Part shown: in pieces, positions 1 through 9,144 of the stretch
Position numbering within the stretch: the first letter of the stretch is position 1
Layout: every line of letters starts with the position of its first letter
Assembly (NCBI GenBank): GCA_000934665.2
Contig: JYFJ02004154.1
Location: 1-34,282 of the forward strand
Direction of reading: 5' to 3'
Origin: Catajapyx aquilonaris
Taxonomy: Eukaryota
DNA: 34,282 nt
Translations under genes and position numbers: made by a program
Notes under the pieces: model-generated
Told to the model about the DNA's origin: nothing
The model's database searches: none
Seen by the model: the letters and a program-made list of their open reading frames with translations, nothing else

Positions 1-222
1 TCGGATCGGCACTGAAGCGGGAAAAACCAAACGAGCCCAAACGTTTACGCCCGATCCGCCGCCAGGTGGCAGGGCAAGCCATCTCCACGGTCCCTTAGTC
101 TGTTTTGAGCTCCCAAACAATGTGTGATGAAAAATAATGGATGCTTCTCCAAGTGTTCAATAATTGGTTATGTGATGTTTCATTGCAATTTTTACAGGTG
201 TCGATCATCCGCATTTTAGAAG

Positions 223-426
223 ATGGGAATATTGTGGAGCATGTGGGGTAGCAACAATGAAGAGGGCATCAGTAACAATGCGAAGCTTGAGTGCTGCATG
301 TCGTTGCACTGTACCAACACTACTGGAAGTACCAGCAATGCAAATGGTAAGGGTCATGGAGTAGTGAGTGATTCTAAATGCCAATTAATCCAATGTTCCT
401 GTGGATAATTTATTGATAATCATTTC

Positions 427-500
<74 letters not shown>

Positions 501-2347
501 CCGGGGTAGTGCTTGACCTCATCTGAGGTATGCAGCACGGACCTTGATTTATTACATCAAGTACATTTGAGCCTTTTTACGTAGCGCCCGGGCCCATGGG
601 CAGGATGACAGGAGGGGATGTGCAAGGTGCAGTGCAATGTCTTAATGTGGCCATTTTTAGTGAACTCCCCTGGGTGGTTTAGTATGTGGAAATACCACCC
701 GAGACGAAGCCAGAGGTGACCCTGAACTCTGCACGAGATGAAAGGGGGTGTCCCCGGGTTGGGATGGAACCCGGGACCTTAACATCCGTGGGCGCATACG
801 TTACCGCAGCACCACTCCGCCTCTCCTCATTTCATCATAATGATGGGCAGCAATGGTCGAGTCTTTCATCCTGATGCATTTTAGTTTTTGCATTATTTTG
901 CATTATTAATTACACTTACCTTGACATTTTGATTGACCCTGCTCTCTCCTGTGGGATGCTGGAAAGGGGAAAAAAATTCCAACAGGACCGGAGTCGTTTT
1001 GTAGGATTTTATTTCCCCCCCCNCCCCCCTTTCCAGCATCCCACAGGAGAGAGCAGGGTCAATCAAAATGCAGGACAGGACTGCAGAGCCATTTTGTTAT
1101 GCATTCGTAGATCAATAACCCTTGAAGCAGAGGTTATCAGCAGTAGCTAATTATTCACAAAAAAAGAGTAAGCGTAATCTTTCATCAAACATACTTTTTC
1201 AGATGAGAAAAAGAAGTTACAAGTGGAAACTTTCATTACAATAATAATTATAATTTTGCTCACATGAATGGTACATGAACCTGAAATGAGGGGAACGGGT
1301 TCTAATTTTTACAGAATGATGAGGTCTCTATGCAGAATGAAAATATGATAACAAGGTTGCAGATAAATTTAGGACAACTTTCTCTTCAAGGTACTGCATT
1401 TCTGCAAATTGTGAATTCAGTTACTTTTGCATGCCAGCATGTACTTCAGCCAAGTTCTGTGGTTAAAATAGGTGGAATTTAGTGTTTACCATATACATAC
1501 AATTGACTTCGGATATAACAGACTCTCAGTTATATCAGACTCGAAATGCTGGTAGGTTCTGCAATACTTCCATATAATTATGGCGTCTGTATATTTGGCT
1601 ATAACAAACCTCGGTTATAACAGACTGATTTTTGTGGTCTCTTATTGAAGTCCGTTATATTTGGAGTCTAATAACAATAGAGGCATGTCACAATGTACTG
1701 CTTTATCCACAGGCCATGATATTGCTCAGTATTCTGAGCATGAGCTTCACGGAGAAAGCAGCGAGCTGGAGCAGGAAATGGAATCTGCGAGGCAGTCATT
1801 TAAGAAAGTGTATGAGGATCTGATTTCATTGCTTAGTATGGAAATGAATTTTTTTGATAAGGCACTTGAAGTGTGCCAATGTTACTCCTCTGTGCATCTG
1901 AAAATCATATGGCTGAATAACATCTTATTCACTGAGGCTTTGAAACTGTTGAGGATTTACGGTGAGCTTGCACCTATGGATGCTAGGGTTAAGAAGCTAA
2001 TTGGAGAGTTACTGGAAAACCTAATAAGAAGCAAAATTATGCTAACAAGTGATGAGCAAGATCTCGACGTGCTGGTGACTGTCAGTGAGAAGGTGAAGAT
2101 GATCAGTGGACAAGTTTGTCAGATTTTTTCAAAGGAAACGACCAAGCAAAAGACAGCTAGTACAGAAGGTGTGATTGGAAGTAAGAGTGCAGTGGCACAT
2201 ATCTACTACAAAATGATAGTACATGTGAGGCGTATCAATCAACTTGTAGGACTATTGCCAGAGGCAAAAGCGAAGGTCTGGATGTGTAGGAAAGTGTTTG
2301 CTGACCTGAGAAGGGAGCTTGATGCCTTATTAGCGGCAGTTGAGTAG
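223..2347 (+). CDS. Orphan coiled-coil protein, paralog A (spliced: 223-346, optional 1203-1222 and 1315-1390, terminal exon 1713-2347)
   Basis: Exon 198-346 (tttacag| ... G|gtaagg) carries MGILWSMWGS...SNAN and ends in phase 1. Acceptor ttatccacag|GC at 1713 is phase 1 in the 1661-2347 ORF. The terminal exon encodes ~210 aa of heptad-rich helical sequence, with AATAAA at 2520. The optional internal exons keep the frame but one donor is weak. Confidence 0.65.
428..821 (-). mobile_element. tRNA-derived SINE with (TTA)n tail
   Basis: Minus strand starts GGCGGAGTGGTGCTGCGG (A-box-like) ... GGGTTCCATCCC (B-box-like), followed by a ~250 nt body and a (TTA)n tail (plus-strand AAT repeat 428-500). 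A possible TSD TCATTTCAT lies at ~420-428 and ~827-835. Confidence 0.7.
925..1070. mobile_element. MITE/foldback element with ~45-bp perfect terminal inverted repeats
   Basis: CATTTTGATTGACCCTGCTCTCTCCTGTGGGATGCTGGAAAGGGG at 925 is the reverse complement of CCCCTTTCCAGCATCCCACAGGAGAGAGCAGGGTCAATCAAAATG ending at 1070. Confidence 0.75.
1500..1673. mobile_element. Degenerate Tc1/pogo-type MITE
   Basis: TA-CAATTGACTTCGGATATAAC ... GTTATATTTGGAGTCTAAT forms an imperfect TIR with internal repeated (G/C)TATAAC motifs. A related copy lies at 18114-18243. Confidence 0.55.
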
Positions 2348-3901
2348 GTTTTTGCCTACTGGAGGATGTGATAAAAATGTGCACTTAGTTAAGAAGACCC
2401 TAGAAAATCATCAGAAAGGAGCAGTACTGGCTTATATCTGTATAAGGAAACACAGGCATAAATGGCAAATCCAAGAAATATTAGATGAATCCAATTAAAA
2501 TTGTTTGGCAGCCAGTTGCAATAAATGCAGATGCAAGTGATGTTTATTTCAATTCCACGTGTGTGAAATTAACCCCAAGAAATTCTAGAACATTTATGTA
2601 TAACATTCTTCACTTTCATGTTATGCAATACACAGTTCCTTGAAAGTATTTATTCAGTACCGTTAATGATGATAGTTCCGAGATTGAGAAATTGTGAGTA
2701 ATTCCAATGGTCAGTCAGTGTTCCATTATTTTACTCTGTAAGTGCAACACATGCACCCTATAATATTAACCAAAAATACTTGATGTAATGGCTGCTCTAT
2801 TGACCAAATAAATTTTTTGACAAGACCAGTTGTTAACCTTGTATAGTAAGCCAGTTTATGGCTCACAATCCTCACATAATAATGGAAACTTGTCTAGTAC
2901 AGAACATATTTTTTGTGATTTGTTCTCTGTTTTCAGTGTGTGTTGCATAGAACTGAAACTCTTGTTCATTGCAGCAGATTTTCTTGGAATTTGAGATAAT
3001 TTGCTACACCCAAGGATGAACAGTCTCATCGACAGCCAGTTGCAATAAATGCATGTACTTGAGATGTTTATTTGAATGTGTGAGATATTGACCCCTTGAA
3101 AATCAGTATGGTAGTTTCTTTGCTATCTTGGTTGCAAAATATTTATGAGAATTTTATACCATATACGATCGATATTCTATGAACAACCAATGTCTGTGTA
3201 CTTCCCCCAATTAATTCATTATAATCAAGAAAATGAGATCTTCATAATTATGCAGGGTTCCAATGGAGTGTTAGCAATTTAAGATGCAAATCTGCTTACT
3301 GTTAAGCTAGTTACTTGCAAGCAGGTACTTTTGGCAGTTATTAAAATGCCAGGTTGTTGTCAACTGATTGATTAAGTCCCTAAATTTGGATAATTTTGAG
3401 CTTAATCAATTGTAAACAATTCCCTTTGCCCTGGTGGGAACACCTGAAACGAATTTTCAAAATCTAAATCCTCCTGCAAACATTGCATTCATTCATTCTC
3501 AAGTACTATGATGTTAGTAGCTCTTATTTTAGAGAACCTATGAAAGTAAATGTAACATTATTGCTGAATAATTAACAACTTAGTGCAACAAGAACACTGA
3601 CATTTTCAATACAATCTTTTGTTTCTCATAGGTTAATGTTACCTACACATTGCCAACAAATGTCTCATGGTTGGAATAGACATGTACTTTGCCTAGACTG
3701 CTTGTCTTTTTGAACCGACTCAATTAAGGAAAGAGCATGAGCATCAGAACAATCCTTCATGATTTAAGCATCAGTTCTCATTACGTCTACATGCAAGTCC
3801 CTTCTGACATTCAAGAATCAAACACACTGGATCCTCATGTTATTGTCACTTTTATTCGGCATCACCTCGACAATAATACACGTTGGTGTCTGTACCAAAT
3901 G

Positions 3902-4862
3902 TTACATTGGTGCAGGTGCAGCTGGTGCTGGAGCCGTGCTGACATGAGCTCTGAACAGATAGTCCGAGTACTCCTGCAGAGGGCTCTTGAGCAAGGTAGT
4001 CTCCCTCCACAGATCAGGGGTCAGAAAGCTGTATGACTTGGCAATAGCAGCAAATGTAGCTTTGGCTGTGAAGTAAAGTTATTATGAAATAAACTTATGT
4101 TTCAACACATAAATCCATTGGGTAAATCACTATGTTTTCAGGCCCTTGTTTGGAGAGTGCTGAGAAATTATCTTACCAAAATTGCCCAAGGTGCCAGTGT
4201 TTCCTGAAGTGGACGTGTAGCAGTCCTCCACCCCTGCCATCTGCAACAGCTTCTTGGGCACAGGGGCTCCCACGATCCCAGTCCCCCTAGGTGCCGGGAT
4301 GAGGCGGACAATGACAGAGCCACATTTGGCTGACACCTTGCATGGCACGGTGTGTGGCTTCCCAATCTTGTTGCCCCAATAACCCTTCCGCACAGGCACA
4401 ACGGACAACTTGGCCAAAATGATGGCTCCCCGAATGGCTGTGGCCACCTCCTTGGAGCACTTCACTCCCAACCCAATGTGGCCATTGAAATCCCCCAGTG
4501 CTGCAAAGAAAGTGCTACGTTAAACCGATACTTCCCCAACACTAATAAAGGTCACAAGCTGTATGATATCCTAAACTAGATGTCCCAGCAGCTAGTGCAT
4601 CATAAGATACTTACCCACTATTGCTTTGAAGTGAGTCCTCTGCCCAGCTCGTGTCTGCTTCTGCACTGGCTGGATCTTCATAACCTCATCCTTCATCACC
4701 GAACCGAGGAAGAATTCAATAATCTCCGGTTCCTGCAACAACAACCAACATTTTTCAATTAGCTGTCAATTTTATGAGCTATCAATTTATTAGTTTATGC
4801 CAAAGCAACTACCGCTATCTCAAGCCATTATCCTCTACCAGCAGCACTACTGGTATGTAGAT

Positions 4863-4893
<31 letters not shown>

Positions 4894-4936
4894 TAGTAGT
4901 AGTGGTGGTGGTAGTAAATAGTAGTAGTAAATAGTC

Positions 4937-4976
<40 letters not shown>

Positions 4977-5295
4977 AATAGTAGTAGTAGTAGTGGTGGT
5001 GGTGGTAATAAATAGTCGTAGTAGTAAATAGTCAGTAGTAGTAGTAGTAGTAAATAGTCAGTAGTAGTAGTAGTGGTAGTAAATAGTAGTGGTAGTAGTA
5101 GTAGTGGTAGTAAATAGTAGTAGTAGTAATAATAGTAAGCAGTAGTAAATAGTAGTAGTAGTAATAATAGTAAGTAGTAGTAAATAGTAGTAGGAAATAG
5201 TTAGAATTAGTAGTAGCAGTAGTAGCAGGAGGAAGTAGTAGTAGTAGTAGTAGTAGGAAGTAGTAGCAGTAGTAGTAGTAGGAAGTAGTAGCAGC

Positions 5296-5327
<32 letters not shown>

Positions 5328-5724
5328 GAAGTAGTAGTAGTAGGAAGTAGTAGTAGTAGGAGGAGGAGGAGAAGGAGGAGGAGGAGAAGGAGGAGGAGGA
5401 GTAGTAGTAGTAGTAGTAGTAATTTCGAATAGGTGCAGATGACTGTACCTTGATGGGCAGGGAGTAGAGGTAGATCTCCTCGATGGACTTGATCTTCCCA
5501 TCCCGGACCAAGCGTCCCAGCTTGGTGACTGGGGTCCACTCCTTCTCCTCCTGCTTGCCTCGCCCCCTGCCCCTCATCCCTCTGCCCCTGCCCCTCGTCA
5601 TCCCTCTGCCCCTGGCTCCAAACCCGCCCCTGAAGCCACCGCGACCACCACCGGGGCCGCCGCCTTGGCCGCCGCCACGACCACCACCACCGCCGCCACG
5701 ACCACCACGACCAGCGTCTGCCAT
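3902..5724 (-). CDS. RPS2: 40S ribosomal protein S2 (uS5); coding exons 5724-5449, 4732-4615, 4500-4177, 4065-3902; ~293 aa
   Basis: RGG-rich N-terminus, then [97 protein letters not shown] and LTPDLW. All introns are GT-AG with consistent phases. Minus-strand AATAAA at 3851-3856. Confidence 0.97.
4863..5420. repeat. Compound (TAG)n/(TGG)n/(GAG)n microsatellite in an RPS2 intron
   Basis: Long imperfect trinucleotide array seen directly; it explains the poly-Y/L/T ORFs in the ORF track. Confidence 0.95.
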
Positions 5725-5889
5725 ACTACCCTTCTCTTGATTGTGTCGGACACCAACAATAACTGATGTACTATACCCTGCAACATAATATGAAACATAT
5801 GACTAATGGGTCCTTTCTATCCTGCCCTTGGGTCGGCCCCTGGTCTCTCCCCGGAGTGTGGATCGCCCCAGATGGGGACAGATACGAAC

Positions 5890-5928
5890 CTTAGAGACGA
5901 CGACGATGCGGAGAACGATGCGGAAGAG
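5890..5928 (-). promoter_or_regulatory. Putative TCT/5'TOP start and non-coding first exon of RPS2
   Basis: Minus strand CTCTTCCGCATCGTTCTCC...CTAAG|GTTCGT gives a pyrimidine-rich initiator followed by a donor. A matching acceptor ttgcag| at 5778 lies upstream of the ATG at 5724. Confidence 0.55.
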
Positions 5929-6710
5929 CTGGCTGTTAAAAAACCGTTGGTAAAAAAACCAGTGTGCCTCAAGGGGGTGACGTCAGATCCGGCGGATGTT
6001 ATGCTGCTGGCACACTTGCGTTTTTTGCGCATCCAAAATCGGAATGCATTTTATCTAATAAAATGTTCTAGGTACATATTTTTGAAAATAGCGATTGTAT
6101 GTGTATGAATTATGACAAATGAGATGGGCCCGAAAAGAAGGAAAAATAGGCCCTCCAGTTCCTAGCCTATTTAAAAATAGCAGACGTAATAGCTATACGG
6201 CGGCTATTAACGTTATGTTAAATGGAATTAACATATTATGGAAAATAAATTTATACATAAATTGCATTAGTTGGTCACTTCAATACATATAGAACATAAA
6301 TACAAGTACGTACATTATGAAAATAGCTACATAATGGTACGTACTGTACATACGAAAATACATACATTAAATACATGGTACATTAAATATATTTAAAATT
6401 AAATTCACCAAATAAATTAATAATAAAAGTTGATTATCCGCCGGCACCCCAGTCTTTTTTTGGGGGGGGAAAAGCCGCGATGAATATTGATGATTATTAT
6501 TAAGAATCGAAATAAATCATCATCACCATCCCCATCACTACATTTCCCTATAAGGGCAGCGATGACGCGTCGAAATAAATAAAATAAATAATCAAATAAA
6601 AATAACTAGATAAAATATAGAAATTAATAATATGCGTGCATGGCCCGGGTGTCCTTTTCAAACCAATGTAGCTGCTATCCTATTTCGTGAAAATAACGGT
6701 TACAAAACTG

Positions 6711-6721
6711 GCGCATGCGCA
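6711..6721. promoter_or_regulatory. NRF1/Erect-wing-like motif GCGCATGCGCA in a CpG-rich segment between divergently oriented genes
   Basis: Motif read directly in a GC-rich island upstream of paralog B and RPS2; function is inferred. Confidence 0.4.
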
Positions 6722-7259
6722 GTGTGGCGTCCCCCCAATTCGGACGCGCCCTTCCAACAACATGTGTTGCTGTGGTGCGCACGTGTTGTTGTTTTGTTGC
6801 CCAGCGATTGTTGTTGTTGTCACTCTGCATTGTTGCTGAGGGGGTTGGGCGGGTGTGCACTGCGTCGTTCGTTGTCGTCGTCTGGGTCTTGTTGGGCCTC
6901 TCCAGTGGTAGAAGGGGGCTTGGATATACAACAACAAAGATATATAGATAGCCCCCCAAAAGAAATATTCAAGTGGGGGTTTTTTATTTATATTTTTTAT
7001 TTTACATAATTACAAGGGAATCATCAGGTAACAACACTTTTGCTACAGGGCGACCCTGAAGTCCAGGGAACACATAGGTAAATTGTTGCTTGCGGATTGT
7101 CAGCCAACAAAATGCAATACTATATTTACTTATGTGTTACCTCTGCACTTTTGAGTCACCTTATGCCAACGATATAAAAATGATTGGTGTACAACATCGA
7201 GGTATTAATTGCTGTTTGTCTCATCCGTAGGATTCGTCGCTGTACCAGCATATGAGGTG

Positions 7260-8424
7260 ATGGAAGGTCCAGGAGTAGATGTCGGCATGACAAATTCCCA
7301 GAGTGGTAAGAATAACTGTTAATATGACTTCATTTGCAAAGATTGGTCCATAAAATTATGCTGTAATGTTCTTAGTAAATGTCCATGCATTATTTGTAAT
7401 GTTGGGACTAGCCCATATGGTACTCTGTTGCCATGGACAAACAAACAAGCGTTCCCTTATCTGTTGCTTAAACCATTGCCATGGACAAAGAGACAGAATT
7501 CCCCTTATCCGTTGGTTAATCCGTTGCCATGTGGTAACCTCTGTTTCTTGGAGATGTTCATGCCTTATTTATGTTGTTACTAGCCATGGACAAACAAACA
7601 AATTTTCCCTTATTATATCTGTTGCTTAAATCACTGCGTTAATCCATTGCCATGTAAATCCTGTTGACATGGACAAGCTATAACAAACTTTCTCCTTATA
7701 TGTTGCTTAATCCAGGGTAACCTGTTGCCATGGACAAACAAACTTTCCCTTAAGTCTATGTAAGATGTGATATTTCTTGCACGCCTTTATCTATAACCCA
7801 TCAGATATTGAAGGGAAAATGCTCCAGGAGAGCGTGAAGCTGCGAGCGACTCGGTCCGTGGTGGCGGCGGAGTGCTCGTACTTGCTGAACACAGTTTCAA
7901 GCCTCAGTAGCTTGAACCACGACCTGGACGTGGATATCTACATGCTGGAGGACGAGCGGAGACGACTGGAGGAGAGGATGGAGGCATGCAGGTTTGAGTG
8001 CGGCGTGGCGGTGGTGGACTACTGCGGCTTCTACATAAGGGAACGCGGTTTGAGCTGTGTCCCAGTGGAGCAGATGGGAGACGACCAGATTGAAGCTTTG
8101 GTCAGGAAGGAACTGGCTGGAGAATCTCCTGCTGGAGCGATGACCGCCAAGAGCCGCGTGTCGGCCGAGAAGACTGAGAGGACGCGAGCGGCCCTTCAAC
8201 GCTGGAAGAGGACCAGAGGTGAACACGACAGGGTAGCGGAGAAACTGGAGAGGAAGGTTGCGGTGCTCCAGCACATGATACATTGCAACTACAGCGAGAT
8301 CCGGTGGACAAACGAGGTCCTGGACGAGTACCGGAAGGTCCAGATCGAGATAAACAGGCTGCTGGAAGAAGAAGGACAAGAAGAAGGACAAGAAGAAGGA
8401 CAAGAAGAGGAGAATCACACCTGA
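7260..8424 (+). CDS. Orphan coiled-coil protein, paralog B (spliced: 7260-7305, terminal exon 7805-8424)
   Basis: Exon 7231-7305 (catccgtag| ... G|gtaaga) is phase 1 and joins acceptor cccatcag|AT at 7805 in frame, giving MEGPGVDVGMTNSQSDIEGKMLQES.... The exon is GC-rich and coding-like, ends in an acidic EEGQ-repeat tail, and has AATAAA at 8442. Confidence 0.7.
7425..7752. repeat. Degenerate minisatellite (TTGCCATGGACAAACAAAC..TTCCCTTATCTGTTGCTTAA units)
   Basis: About five imperfect copies in the intron of paralog B. Confidence 0.7.
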
Positions 8425-9144
8425 TGTTGTCATATGGATGGAATAAATTGTTTTGTTTTTTTATTTTAAAAGAATTTGAGATACTGGCTATAGCTGTTCC
8501 TTCATAGAATCGTAGCTGCTACGTTACCGACCCGGTTCGTCGTCTGGGGATTCGGACGCGGCCTGTCTTTTTTTCCTTTTTTTTTTGCTGCTTTGCACGT
8601 GTCCCGATTGGATTTCGTCCCGCTTCTGGCAGCGTATGTGGGACACCGTTGGACGGGGTTTTTTTTTTGAAGAGGAATCGCTGCAGGGTACTGCTGACGC
8701 ATGTAGTACATGCAGTGTTGCATCGGAAAGACTGATTGCAACGCACGCTGCTCCAGTTTGACTGGGTGTTGACAGCAACTGGTAAAAAAGGTGATTATTT
8801 ATTTTTAAAATGTGCAGTAATTGCAAAGAGTGTGATTTAAACAATGGTCACAATTGCAATCTTAACCAAATATGAACAGCCACCGACAGCCACACAGTGC
8901 AACAATGATTATACTGATGGATAGAAACCATTTCATTGTTGTTATGCATGTCTTCCTCCAGTTCTATGGCAGCTTCATTGTTGTGTGAAACATTTAACGT
9001 AAGAGATTTACTTGCTTGGATCACTATACAATAATTACATATGCAACCAGGACGGCTGACCAACCTGTTGGTTAATGTGGCAGCTTCATGCGCCTGATGT
9101 GTAATGTTGTTGCTCTGTTTCAGAGTCTGTATGAGCAACAGATC

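Noticed and set aside
1..98. Possible transposon terminus or CTCF-like site (CGCCAGGTGGCAG; CGGTCCCTTAG)
   Set aside because: Truncated by the window edge, so no partner repeat is available to support a call.
740..821. tRNA gene
   Set aside because: A/B boxes are degenerate, there is no convincing cloverleaf, and a body and simple-repeat tail follow, so it is better explained as a SINE head.
4501..4614. Possible intronic snoRNA in RPS2
   Set aside because: Only an imperfect C-box-like ATGATG is present, with no CTGA D box, terminal stem or clear H/ACA structure.
5032..5539. Long poly-Tyr/Leu/Thr ORFs
   Set aside because: They are translations of the intronic trinucleotide microsatellite; the RPS2 exon ends at the donor at 5449.
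7897..8433. 178-aa minus-strand ORF
   Set aside because: Antisense shadow of paralog B's coding exon.
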